NCBI RefSeq assembly: GCF_006345805.1 | Contig: NC_042998.1 | Location: 4,712,001 to 4,776,000, forward strand | DNA length: 64,000 bases | Reading direction: 5' to 3' | DNA from: Octopus sinensis | Lineage: Eukaryota | Shown here: in pieces, positions 39,846-54,087 of the stretch | Layout of the letters: the number at the start of each line of letters is the position of its first letter | Numbering within the stretch: position 1 is the first letter of the stretch | Notes under the pieces: generated by a model | What the model was told of the DNA's origin: nothing | What the model saw: the letters and a program-made list of their open reading frames with translations, nothing else | Databases searched by the model: none | Made by a program: the position numbers and the translations under genes

Positions 39846-42400
39846 GTTTGACTTTTGCATTGTATTTGTACAAGTTAACTCCAAGTCTCACTCAGAGACA
39901 TCAAGAGATAGCAAGTTAGAGGTGCATGCTGGTATTATACATTGGGTGTCGTATATTTGGTTTTGCACATAATATTGTCCTAGAGAATGTTTAGGAAAAC
40001 ATAAGAAAATTATGAGTTTGTTTTAATATTTGTGATTACGTAGACAGCATTTTATGTAGGATAAGGGCAGTTCCCATGAGCACTAACTTTTGAATCTCTG
40101 CGATATTGGGATTTCCGGGTATATGAGCTAGCTAGCAATCGGCCCCCTTTGCTATCATTCCTAAGACACCTATGGCAACAGGCATTGTTTTAGTCAAAAG
40201 GCGGCGAGCTGGCAGAAACGTTAGCACGCAGGGCGAAATGCTTAGCGGTATTTCGTCTGCCGTTACATTGTGAGTTCAAATTCCGCCGAGGTCGACTTTG
40301 TCTTTCATCCTTTCAGGGTCGATAAATTAAGTACCAGTTACGCACTGAGGTCGATATAATCGACTTAATACTTATGTATGTCCTCGTTTGTCCCCTCTGT
40401 GTTTAGCCCCTTGTGGGTAATAAAGAAATAGGTATTGTTTTACTCTCGAAGTTCCACATATTATTTCATTTAGCTCTGCTTTGAGTATCGCCCTTACCCT
40501 GCGATAATATCCTCTTCGGAACCTTTCCCTCATCATTCAATGTTTGATTCCATCACCTTCAAATACTCCTTGGTATTTGTAACTCTCCGATAGTTCTAAC
40601 TCCTTTATGACTTTCTGCTTGTCAAGATTAACATTAGGTTTTTCTGTCATTTTTCATTTGATAAAGGTAGCTTTAGCAGATTTATCGTGGCTAAATTGCA
40701 TCCTAATGTCATCACTAAATTGCCTAATAATCGCTAGTATACACTGTAGTTGGCCATTTCTTGCAAAGAGAGATGATTTCTATTTTTATCAAACATTTTA
40801 TAGCCGTATTGTACATCATCGTGCAATTTCGAGAGAGGTATTAAGGCTGGGCAAAAGAGGAGTAGTGATAGAGAGTCACCCTGGAAAATGACACATAAAA
40901 TTCTTACGTCTCCAGCACTGAGAGATTCATTGTCACTCTTCAAAGATAGTGTGGTTCTCCATGATCTCATACTTACAGACAAGAAGTTTTGCAGAGTAGG
41001 TGCTATTTTATGCACTTCCAGACATTTCTTAATCCAGCTATGTGGTAGACTATCAAAAGCCTTTTTATAGTCTATCCAGCCCATCGAAAGTTTTTGTGTC
41101 GTTTGTGACAATCTTCAAAGAACATCGTATTGATAAGTAACTGATCTTTACAACCATAGGACCCACGTTTACATCCTTTTTCTGCATTAGGGAATATGCC
41201 ACTTCCTATTAAAAAACTATAGGTATACTTGGTCAAGACACATGTTAACAGGTTATGGTTTATATTTTTTTGGTTCATTTGTTTTTTCATGTTTTGAAAG
41301 TAAAAATGTAGCATCATAGACTAGCCAAAAGGAAATCATACTAAGTTGTTGCAATACATTGTTGTAAAGTTTTGTTAGCAGTTCATGACTCTGGGAAGGC
41401 ATTCAGCCAGAAGTTAGGAAATTTATCCTTTCCTGGAGACTTCCATTTGCTTCACTTCCTGAGAGTAGATCTTACATCCTCTACCTTGATACCCTCCCAC
41501 TTTTGCTCTTCTAAGGAGTCTAAGTCTCAATATATTTTATCAATCCAAGGAGCCTTTCCATCATTTTTTTTCTCCTGCCAAATTATATTCCAAAATTCTT
41601 GCACTTCTTTTGATGGGACACACTTTACTGTAACTTGTATTTTCCCTATCTTCCTGTAAAACCTTTTTGAGTTATTTTTTAACATGTTGTTATCCATGGA
41701 GAATCTTACGCGCCTTTCACGCCTTGCTATGCGGGCAGCCTTAGCACATACCTTTTGCTTGATAGATTCAATGGTGGTATCGATGTCAAGTATAGTTGCC
41801 ATATATTTTTCCTTTCATTTCTTAAATTTAATGTCTATATAGGGTCTTACTTCAAAGTTCTTTTATTCCTAGTTTAAGTAGGTTTGTACAGCCTTAGATT
41901 TATTAGTGTGGAAATACACGGCATGATAGAAGGCCTTAAGAAATTCTTTATTATTTCCCCTAAACCACTTTTCATTCTTTTTCTTTTGGTTATATGATGA
42001 GGAGCATGGATGTCCATCTGTTGGAAGATTTCAGTTGTGGGGTACTTCCAGCTCTTGTGTTTCGGGAAAACTTGAACCAGTAGCTGATTTTTCCCATGGA
42101 AAAAATCACTCGGGTACGCGGCTCTTGGCTTTTTACATAATATTGATTAACCGGCCTCTCCTCCAGTACAACTTCACCTTGGCTACGCATTCACTGATCT
42201 TCACCTACGTTATTCTCTTTGATATCTTCACCATTACGGTGGCCTTTCCTGATTGTCTGAATCTGGGTCTTATAAAGAAGACCTCTAATCCGAATTATTT
42301 TTATCTGATACATAAATCCGTTTTCAGTAATGTGGATCATACCCAGTTGGTTCCAAAGTTTTAATGATCAGCTTTACATTTGCCATTGTTCTTGTCTAGC
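39845..42400 (-). mobile_element. Decayed, internally deleted R4/Dong-like element
   Basis: Fragments QKVCAKAARIARRE, GCKRGSYGCKDQLLIN, WIDYKKAFDSLPHSWI, IFQGDSLSLLLFC; C-terminus near 40040; 3' end at (TTA)n. Confidence 0.88.
40199..40430 (+). mobile_element. SINE family C monomer inserted in the R4/Dong-like element
   Basis: Full head and body; flanks AGGCATTGTTTTAGTC and AGGTATTGTTTTACTC look like a 16-bp TSD. Confidence 0.9.
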
Positions 42401-43994
42401 AATGCTTGATCATGGCACTGGATCGCCTTATGGTTCATATCAACAGACCATCTGCGTTTGTGAGCACGTCGCATATTTTGACCAGTACAAGGACTATGTC
42501 TATTTATTATTGATATTGCTTTATTATCAATTTTAATTTTCGGGTAAGTACAATCGGTGGTCGATGAAATAAGTACCGGTTACGCACTGGAATCGATTAC
42601 ACTGAGTACTCTCTTCCCTTAAATTTCAGGTTTTGTGTCTATAGTAGAAAGGATTGTTGTTGTTGTTGTTGTTGTTATTATTATTATTATTATTATTGTT
42701 GTTGTTGTTGTTGTTGTTGCTGCTGCTGTTGATGTTATTTTTAATATCATCATGATTACCACCATCATCGACACCATCGTCGTCGTCATCATCATCATCA
42801 TCATTTTGATATTGAGAAGAAGGATGACGGCCATGTAGAGGAGGGAGATTGACGTTATGGTTTATAGAGCAACGAATTAAATGCCTTTTGGTACTCTGTT
42901 CCCTCCTTTAACTTACAGCATTCAAATGATGTAACGCGCAACGTTTTTCAGTTCAGTGTTCAGACGTTAATAAAATAATTACCTGCTAAGAAATGTAACT
43001 AAAATGCTTTCTTCCCCACAATTTTGGGAATTACCTATTTGGAAGAGAATAAAGGGTTCTTCAAAAAAGATAACAAATATTCCAAATAATACCAAAATTA
43101 CTTCAACCGGTTTGTTTTATGATATAAATGTAACTATTTTATGGGATTTTGACACAGCATCAGTTATCTCGTTTTCTTATTGCTTTCTTTCATCCGTTTT
43201 CAAATCTTGTATTCTATAACAACTATAGCATCATTTACAAATTTATACAACTTCAATTATATGACAGGTGTTTTTTTGCGTGTTTCATCATTTTACAATA
43301 TTTACAAAATTAATCGAAAGTTTATGTGCATTTCATAAACATGTATATTTCTTAGATGCAGAAAATAAGTTTCAAAAGCAAGCTTTAAATTTTCGTAAAA
43401 TGTAATGCAAAAGCGATTGGGTGTTCTCTATGGATTTAGCAAATGCCAGAGAAGGCTGCTTTTCCATAAACATAAATATAACATCTAGCAGAATCGCATT
43501 GAATTTCATGTATTATGTTAAGGCATAACAAAATAATATTGCCGATAGTATCTTAACATTTTATCTGGAGACTCAAGGCTTCGTATTGCATACACACACA
43601 CACACATATAAATATATATGTGTATATATAGATATAGATATATATATGCCAGACGTTGTTTGGTTCTGCAAGATACATGTAGTTTGTTAAGTAACAAAGG
43701 TGAGTTCATACTTGTCTTTGAGGAATCAATAAGCATCTTCCAATTATGTGCATTGAATGAAATCTTGATTTGTTCGAATTATTGCCTTCAGTGCTTTTGT
43801 AAAGTTTCAGTTATTCAATGTAAAGAATTCATATGATCTTTTTTCTCCATACTTACAAAAAGATAAATGTTTTCATGTTTCCATTTTGCAAGGACTGCTA
43901 TTTCTTTTATATATATATATATATATATATGTACGTGTGTGTGTATGTGTGCGTGAGTATGTGTGTGTATGTGTGCATATATATATATATATAT

Positions 43995-44550
<556 letters not shown>

Positions 44551-44719
44551 GGGGTTTAGTGTATACTCGTATATGAGTACATCCATATATATGTCCATAT
44601 ATATGCATACACATGCAAATTCATTTGCACATACACATATTCATAGATTTATATACATACACACACACAGACATACGCAAATAAGTACAAACATACATAC
44701 ATGGATGCATATACATGAC

Positions 44720-45300
44720 AAATTTAGTCATTGGATACAATTCTTCACTTCCATAGGCATGTGTATTATACGAAATTCCTTCGGCCACAGAATATCTGCG
44801 AAGAATTGGCTTGATAGATATTGCGCGGACAGCCATCGTACACACTATGTTTATGAACTGAAGCACAAGCTTTATTATACGTACGCACATGTCAACCAAT
44901 AAGGTATGAATGTGGAAGTTGTGAAGTGCATGTTGAGAAACAAGGGAGAGATTTGCATGTTTGAAATGTAAGATACATGTAAATGTTTAAGAAGCAATCT
45001 TATGAGATCACCGGCAAATACATGGAGACATTAGTGTCCCAGCCTGCTGGTAGGTCATGAAAGATTTTAAAAGATGATGATGCACAATATCAGAAACCAG
45101 TCCAAGTGAGAAGTTAATATGGTGCAGAGTGCAAACCTGAAGGTTATTTAATAAGCAATAATTCGGAGGCCTAGAAGAATTTGTTGACATGCTGTACGGA
45201 GAAGACTGGAAACATGATTTTATTTCGTACCAATTTGTGTGGCTGATTAGACCTATGGAGACTAGATACTTTGATAGCAAATTACATATCATAAGAGAAC
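44720..45300 (-). mobile_element. Possible highly decayed mariner-like remnant
   Basis: SLGLVSDIVHHHL/FHDLPAGW loosely resembles the HTH-to-WVPR region of mariner transposases. Confidence 0.3.
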
Positions 45301-46164
45301 TAATATTCAGCATTTAAAGACATCTGTCTCTAGGAGTCTTATGTAAATATATAACTCATAAGTTTTACATAGAACGTCGTATCATAAAAATACATGTGAA
45401 TGTCTGCCTGAGTCGCTTTTCCTCTTGCACACAGTCTTTTATTGTATGCCAGTCGCCAGCTGTTTTTTGGTCGAAAAATATCTTCTCATAAAAGACAATT
45501 GATCAATGATCAATTTCTCTATGCGTATATTGGCCGCGGACTACCCGACGTGTTCCTTTGAATGATATTGGACGTATTTTATATAAGGATGGTCTGGGCT
45601 GCTAACACAATAAAATCACATAAATTCAATGCCAATTGTTAATGCATGAGGCTTGTAAGTCGGTATACATGACAACCTATCCACAACAGTATTAGGTGAG
45701 CAAGATACGATTCGCGTATAACAGTTTGATATTCCTCTGCGCGTGATTTCGTTGTTAATTAACACCTAAGTGTACCCTATTTCCTTTGCAAACCAGCATC
45801 TGAAAACCTTTCGCAACAATACTCATGTCTCACCATGGCACTTCTTGTGTATAGTTCAGAAAACCTTTTTCGCATAGTAATGGTATAGCAATTTCTGATT
45901 GTGCAATTTCCCCCGCCTGAAATACTGTAAAGTGGATAGCTCTGAAAATGTAGCTGTAATAAAATACTTACTTCCATAGATTTTACTTCGGAAGATCATT
46001 GAAGATGTAATAAATATGATAGTGGTCTCTTCTTTTTGCTCCGAGTAAGTGTGCACCTCTCAAGTCAATCGAATCTTTCATTTGAATGAGCTTCTTTCGT
46101 TGTTTTTAGAGACGGTTGTAGTGGCTTAAAATTGGGATGACTAGATGCGGCCCTATATATATAT

Positions 46165-46227
<63 letters not shown>

Positions 46228-46314
46228 CTGTTCTTTCAACATGTGATCTCTTGAGCACCACCAGCTCAAATATTTTTTCCTCTGTCTTCCCTTCTTGGGA
46301 TCTTTCCTTCTCCT

Positions 46315-46349
46315 GTTTCCGACGAAGAGCTCCGCTCGAAATGTTAAAC
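46315..46349 (+). ncRNA. Minimal hammerhead-like motif, variant core CCGACGA
   Basis: GTTT-CCGACGA-A-GAGC tcc GCTC-GAAA-TG-TT-AAAC inside a cassette of about 230 bp bounded by (TA)n. Confidence 0.55.
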
Positions 46350-46452
46350 CCTCCTTCCCTTCTTTCCTGAGCGTCAATAATACTTTAATTGTTCCACGTC
46401 CTGCGTTGGTGTGTTTTTTTCTCTTTTTTTCTGTGTTTTCTTGTTTGGATTA

Positions 46453-46503
<51 letters not shown>

Positions 46504-46505
<2 letters not shown>

Positions 46506-46915
46506 CAACAATTGAGGGTGAAATTAATTAATTATTAATCAATTTCACCAAGTATTCAGTATGTAAAGGGACCATTTAAGGCGAATTCAAAATATTACAT
46601 TTTATAAGGGCTTAGTAAAATAAATTACTTTGCCACATACTGAACTCATTAGAAATAGCAGCCAAAAAACTTTTTTTAGCCAAATTCTAATACTTAAAGA
46701 AAATTTCTCTCAGATAGTGCTTACTCAAAATAGCCCACGAAGGTATGGGGGTAAAAACATTAAAAAAATCACAAGTTTTTGAGTAAGCACTATCTGAGAG
46801 AATTTTCTTTAAGTATTAGAATTTGGCTAAAAAAATTTTTTTGGCTGCTATTTCTAATGAGTTCAGTATGTGGCAAAGTAATTTATTTTACTAAGCCCTT
46901 TATAAAATGTAATAT

Positions 46916-46916
<1 letters not shown>
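46504..46916. mobile_element. Fold-back cassette in (TA)n
   Basis: About 140-bp inverted repeat 46591-46730/46777-46916; homologous to 47810-48012. Confidence 0.7.
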
Positions 46917-46958
<42 letters not shown>

Positions 46959-47080
46959 TATATTTTAATATATATATAATATATATATATATATGTAGGT
47001 CCCGGGTTGATTCGGGGTTAACCACAGTAAATAAGGTACTCAATACATAGCAGAGTAAAATTAATTTATTATATAGAAGG

Positions 47081-47131
47081 AGCTTCTACAGGACTAGAAC
47101 TGTTTCATTCAAGAGAAATCTTCAGGAAGCT
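47081..47131 (-). ncRNA. Type I hammerhead motif
   Basis: Same sequence family as 37459-37507; stem I AGCTTC/GAAGCT. Confidence 0.78.
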
Positions 47132-48011
47132 AGTTAACAAGAATTGTATTGGCATTTATACATTTAGGCAGGTTTAACGGGGTGTTGGTGGGGGACTTTT
47201 TTGGGGGTAGGCATAGCGCAAAATATCATACTTGGGGGAGTGGTCAAGGAGTCAGTGTTAAATTAGATAGAAGAATAAATAAAAAAAAAAATAAAAAATA
47301 ATAAAAAAAAAAATAATAAAAAAATAAAAATAAAAAAACCCATATATAAAAAAAACCAAAAAAAACCTATATATAAAAAAAAGGGGGGAATAGAGTTTTA
47401 GGTAAATAAGGAGATTCTCACTTATACCTATGCACACGTGTATACATACATACACACACATACAAACATATATACATATACATACACACATACATACACA
47501 CACATATATATACATATATATACACTTACACATCTCCTTAACAAAATCTCAGAACACTCCCCAAATTGTATGCATAAGAAGTATGCGAACTACAAGAACT
47601 ATAGACCTACCCGGCAACCAGATTGATGACACCCCACCCACAAAAACCCCCCCAAACCCACCGTCCCCCTAGCACCCCCGATTACCTCTTCTCCTAAGAC
47701 CTCTCACATACTGTATGTGCACGCCTGTATATGTGTATCATGTGTGTATGCATATGTTTGTGTATATGTATGTGTGTATGTATGTGTATGTATGTATAAA
47801 ATATTATATAATTAGGGCTTAGTGAAATGGATTGCTTTGCCGCATACTGAACTTTCTAGAAATAGCAGCCAAAAAAGTTTTTTAGCCTCTTCCACTACTT
47901 AGAGAATATTTTCCCTCAGACATTGTTTACTCATAAAAATAATGGTCCTTTTACATACTGAATACTTGGTGAATTTGATTAATAACTAATTAACTTTACC
48001 CTCAATTGTTG

Positions 48012-48121
48012 ATATATGTATATGTGTGTGTATATATATGTGGGTGTATGTGTATATGTACTTGTATGTATATGTGTGTATGTATGTGTGGTTGTATGTA
48101 TATATATATATATATATGTAC

Positions 48122-48168
<47 letters not shown>

Positions 48169-48382
48169 TATATATGTATGTATATGTATATGTATATGTA
48201 TGTGTGTGGTGTATATGTATATGTGTATATATATGAGTGTACGCGAGTATGTCGATGTATATGTAGGTATGTAGAGTTTATGTGTATGTGCAGGTATGTG
48301 AGTGTAGATACAAATTGTAGATGTGTATATATGTGTGTGTGTGTATATATACATGTATATAGGTATATGTTTGTGTGTATAT

Positions 48383-48418
<36 letters not shown>

Positions 48419-48827
48419 GCGAGTATGTAGAGATATAAGTATGTGCATGTGTATATGTGTGTGTGTGTATATATATGTATGGGTATGTGTATGTGTATGT
48501 ATGTATGTGTATATATAAATATATGTATGTGTGTATGTGTATGTATGCATATACGTATGTATGTATGTATGTATGTATATGTGTATGTATATATGTGTGT
48601 AAGTGTGTGTATATATGTAAATGTAAGTGTGTCTGCTTGCATGAGAATTTATGTATGTTTGCACACATGTATATATGTGTGTGTATGTGTTTATGTATAT
48701 GTATATGTGTATATGTGTGTGTATATGTATGTATATGTGTATGTATGTGTGTATGTATGTGTGTGTGTGTGTACATATATGTGTATGTATGTGTGTGTAT
48801 GTGTATATATATGTATATGTATATGTA

Positions 48828-48864
<37 letters not shown>

Positions 48865-48873
48865 ATATGTATG

Positions 48874-48906
<33 letters not shown>

Positions 48907-49169
48907 GTGCGTGTGTGTGTATACATGTGTGTATGTGTATGTATGTATATATATGCGTGTGTATGTGTATGTGTATATGTACATATGCGCGTACGCTCGT
49001 GTGTTTATGCATATGTAGGTACGTAGAGTTATCTATGTGTGAATTTATACGTACATGTGTGTAGGTATGTATATATATGTATATATGTATGTGTATGTGT
49101 GTGTGTGTATATATATATGTATGTATATATGTATGTGTATGTGTATGTGTGTATATATGTATGTATATG

Positions 49170-49203
<34 letters not shown>

Positions 49204-49594
49204 ATATATATATGTGTGTGTAAGTTTATATGTATGTATCCGTCTATATAATAGGTAACTACACGTACATATACTTAATATTTATTATTTATTTTTTGAG
49301 TATGCATGTACGAATAACTGCGCGTATATATATTTTACTATTTACTTATTTTTTGAGTATGCACGTAAGTATGAATATAAGGAGGCGCGTATGTGTGTGT
49401 GTATGTGTAAGCATAGATATATGTATACTTTTACGCATGTGTGTACTTATGTGTATATATGGATGCGCGCGCGTGTGTGTGTGTGTATGGGTACGCATGT
49501 ACATGTGTATGTGCGTGTAGTGTATATATATGTATATGTGTGTGTATGCGTATGTGTGTATATGTGTGTGTGTATATATGTGTATATATATATG

Positions 49595-49639
<45 letters not shown>

Positions 49640-50430
49640 ATTTGTATGTAGGTGTATATGTATGTGTGTGTATTTATATTTATTGGTGTATATATATAGA
49701 CTAGCCTTCTAAGAGTGTAGACATAAATCTGTAGGTACGCGTACGTATGTGTATATACGTGAATGTATGTAGATGGATGTATGTATGAATATAACGCGTG
49801 CGTGCGTGTATGTGTATGAGTGTACGAATGAGTGAGAGTAGGTGCTAAAAAGTGTGCGTGAGTGAATGAGTGCTTGTTTTCCAGTAGACAGATAAATGGA
49901 CTGGCTGTAATAGCCAAGATGTTTGTGACCAAGCGGCCAAAGATAACAAAAGTAATAAACGAAGATAATAAAATTAAAATTAGGGAATGGGTCTGTATTT
50001 GTATGTGTATATATATGTGTGTATGTGTAGGTTTGCATAGGTACACATATGTATATGTATACATGTATGTATATGTATGTATGTGTGTGTATAGGTGTGT
50101 GTATGTGTATATATGTGTATATAGGGGGACTAGTGTGCTGTGTGTGCATGGTGTGTGTGGATATGTGTGGTATGCGTGTATGTGAGTATGTGTGTGTATG
50201 TGTATATATTTTTCTGTGCGTATGTGTATGTGAGGTCGTGTGTGTATATATACATGTGTGTATACGTGTATGCATGTGAGTGTGTGTATGTATACATATA
50301 TGTGTATCTGTAGATATGTATATGTATGTGTATGTGTAAGTGTATATATATATGTATATATATGTGTGTGTATGTATGTGTGTATGTAAATGTATATATG
50401 TTTGTATGTGTGTGTATGTATGTATACACG
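48012..50430. repeat. Compound (TA)/(TG)/(TATG) microsatellite mosaic
   Basis: Directly visible; generates many spurious ORFs. Confidence 0.95.
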
Positions 50431-50689
50431 TGTGCATAGGTATAAGTGAGAATCTCCTTATTTACCTAAAACTCTATTCCCCCCTTTTTTTATATATAGG
50501 TTTTTTTTTATATATGGGTTTTTTATTTTTTTTTATTTTTCTTTATTCTTCTATCTAATTTAACACTGACTCCTTGACCACTCCCCCAAGTATGATATTT
50601 TGCGCTATGCCTACCCCCAAAAAAGTCCCCCACCAACACCCCGTTAAACCTGCCTAAATGTATAAATGCCAATACAATTCTTGTTAACT

Positions 50690-50740
50690 AGCTTCCTGAA
50701 GATTTCTCTTGAATGAAACAGTTCTAGTCCTGTAGAAGCT
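50690..50740 (+). ncRNA. Type I hammerhead motif
   Basis: AGCTTC-CTGAAGA-TTTCTCTTGAAT-GAAA-CAGTTCTAGTCCTG-TA-GAAGCT. Confidence 0.78.
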
Positions 50741-50745
50741 CCTTC

Positions 50746-50799
<54 letters not shown>

Positions 50800-53473
50800 T
50801 GCGTAATAAGATGGCGGTCTCTTCTGTTTGCTCTTCTGTCTTGTAGGACAGGCGTACGTGCTATCTTGATGTGGCTTGGGCTAATGAGATTATTGGTGTT
50901 ACCGCTATTTTTACATGTGTAATTTATTCTTTTTAATTTTAGAACCACATTATTCAAAGTGTATTTATCTTAAGAGGGAAGTGTTATTTGATAGCAGTTT
51001 AAGTTTTAGAAATAGCAGTCAAATCGCACTCAATTCACATCAAATGTTTGCTTAAAGCATTCTTTTAGTAACTCCAGTAATGCTTCTGGCTATGAAATTC
51101 TAAATACTATTGGTATTTTTGTTATTATATCTTATTTCCTTATATGTCTTTCTTTTTTCTGGAATGTTTGAAATTGTTTATATTTTTTAAGAAGCATAAA
51201 CTACTTCAAATTGCAAACTTGTATCTCCCTGCAATGGAAAGAAATACACGTGAAGTATTGATGTACGAGACAATAAAAAAAAGAGAAAGTAGCTTGGTAA
51301 TATTACCATTTGATATTGGTAAGCATTGAGTATGAATGGAATAGAAAGAATCTATCTTCTGGGAATATGTATACGTCAATGATCTCACTCTTCTTGGAAA
51401 ATGTTTTGTATAACAACCGAACCTGAGAAAGCCTAGAAATAGTTTGCAATAGATGTATGAATTGCTTAGATAACTGACCTGAAGCTGTTGATAAATTCTG
51501 TCTCTAAGAAGACATATGAAATCTAGATGAGATTCTATTGAAATTCGAATAGCTTCAGTAAGAATTCGTTTTTCTTTTGACAAATTCGTCAGGGCATCAG
51601 AAAAACGAGTTGTACTAATTGCTACGCTCTTTGATTCTGTGTTCAAATCCAACTGCAGGTCATATTACCTTTCTTTCTTTTGTTTTCAAGAAGTGTTTAG
51701 CGAAGTGTTGACTACATCTTTTTAAAGAGCACGTTACAATAACAGTTAGAACGAACCAGAGAACACCGCGTGCACAAACCGTTGTACTGAAAAGCAGGGA
51801 ATGTTTAGAAAATGGTTTGAATGCAATGAAAGAATGTCATGGAACTGTTACGCATGGAACATCTCTCATTGTGCAAATAAAGGGAATACGAAACATGTGT
51901 AAGAAGATGAGTAGTGAGGCAAACGTTATGAGTGCAGGAAATCTGAAGATACTGTTAAAGTGAAAGCCAAGTATTGTTTGTTGCAACATGTTAATTTTTA
52001 TGGAAATTGGAGTATCATTGTGCTGAGAAACGGACAGTGTATGTAAGACACTAATTGAGGAAGCTAATACATAGAGTGCTTCTTAGAAGGATGAGTATGG
52101 ATAGATTAAAACGGTTTGAATTTATGGTAGATACTGCTTGTTTCATGATCATATAAGTAGCAGTTTTGACGAAAGCATTTAAAAGAATTTTAAAATATCT
52201 TGTCTCATAAACAGGAGGATGTAGTATCTAGAAATACACATACTTTCCTGTTTTAGGTCATACCAAGAGATGTCAAAACAGAAAAAAAAAAACGATTTGA
52301 TGTTGAAATATGTTGCAATGCTAAGTCCAAATGTATATGTTGGATATGTGCATTAAAAACGCATATGCTAATATGAATAAAAGGTTTAGTGAGCTTTTAG
52401 CCACTGTTGGGACTATGCAGATATTTTCAAATCAATACACTCCTGGAAAACTGATTTAAATGATAAAGGAATGCAAGTAGAATGGGCAGATTTATAAAGA
52501 TCTATTCATGCGTGCGTACGTGCTTCGGTCTCTAAATAACAAGAAAGTAATAAATAATTTTCTAGCGCATATGTGGCAACTAAAAATCAAAGTTGTTCTT
52601 TTAAAATTATTTTGCTATATTTTGGCTTTGTATTCCTCTTAAAATTTCTGGCTATCAAGTAATGTATCTGCATATTAAAAGAGAAAGTAAGAAAGAACAG
52701 GTTGAATAAAATTACACTTTTTGAGAATCATTTTGACAAGCAACTAAAAGGGAAATCGGCTTATCCATAACAAAATACAATTAATGACAGAATTCGACGC
52801 TGAAGCAATGTATCAGTCTCACCGACGCTTATACAAAACCTTTCCGTTTCACTTGTGATTTGCCGGATACTGCATCATAGGGTCTTAAATGCGGAATATC
52901 TGAAATCAGTAATTCATTGAAAGTATGAAGTGTAAGAGAATAAAAACAAAACGAAAAGCAACTTCCCATCAACAATTTTGTTTTAGTCATTCATTTGCTC
53001 CTTTCTAAATATATAAAAAAAAAATATTCAGGTATTTCAATTCAATTATTATTTATATTTCGTTTGCCAAAGCAGTAGATAAAATAGTGTGTTGAAAGTT
53101 TTGTAGGAAGTGTTAGCATATTTTATTGTCAAAAACATAATGTCGTGCCTAGAACTATATGCATGGCACAAAAAGAAACATAATTTGACAGGCGACAAGA
53201 TACAAGTAGCAAGAATGAAAGAAAAAGAAACAAGGCGCTTCAGAATAATTACGCAATTATTTAATTAGATACTTCCTTCGCAAATAAACCTTGGTTCATG
53301 AGCCAATATTTCAATTATCTATGACGAAATGAAATTTTCAATACATTTCTTAAGTATTTTCTAATAGTATATCGTTACATGCTGAACAAATCTATCCAAT
53401 TATCAATCTGCCGCTACACTCACACAAAGACCATCACACATACATATACACACACGAACACACACATACACAC

Positions 53474-53509
<36 letters not shown>

Positions 53510-53899
53510 TGTGTGTGTGTGTTTGTGTGTATAAAGGACTGTTTATTGTTGTATTCGTAAGACTGTGTAAAGCTACAATCCAAGAATGTATGTCTGAAAG
53601 GATAAAAATGCAGTAAACAGAAATCGAAAACAAAGCAAAAAAATAATAAAAAGCATTAAAAGAAGGCAGGAGACGATTCTTGCTAAGTCGGAATCGGTTT
53701 TAAAACAGACTTTCCTTGTAGGGCTTCGCATACTTTCCGTTACTAATGCATCGTTGAAGAGCGCAAACATCATAACTTTCATTTCAGTAGCTCCTAAAAT
53801 CGATGAAGATAGCGCATCAGTTGATGGATGAAGTATGGCAGCTTAAATGTACCCGCGTAGAAGCATGTGTTTATATATCCACGTGTGTATGTACATATA

Positions 53900-53902
<3 letters not shown>

Positions 53903-53997
<95 letters not shown>

Positions 53998-53998
53998 G

Positions 53999-54087
<89 letters not shown>
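53903..54087. repeat. (TA)n microsatellite
   Basis: Directly visible. Confidence 0.95.

Larger units (their letters stand above)
46994..50754 (+). mobile_element. 5'-truncated Penelope-like element with inverted pseudo-LTR
   Basis: Inverted repeat 47067-47533/50332-50754; ORF end LLNKISEHSPNCMHKKYANYKNY (PLE LLNKRSExxxxCRH-type) starts right at the inversion junction 47534; hammerheads in both arms. Confidence 0.8.

Noticed and set aside
47979-50437. Long ORFs rich in Y/I/H/T or C/V/M (up to 315 aa), and similar ORFs across the window
   Set aside because: Translations of TA/CA/TG microsatellites that lack stop codons by composition; no domain content.
51206-51652. 148-aa non-repetitive ORF
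   Set aside because: Non-ATG start within SINE-like sequence, no recognisable domain, no supported splice structure.
53573-53782. Short ORF with a hydrophobic stretch (also 27863-28084)
   Set aside because: Hydrophobicity follows from T-rich composition; no homology or exon evidence.
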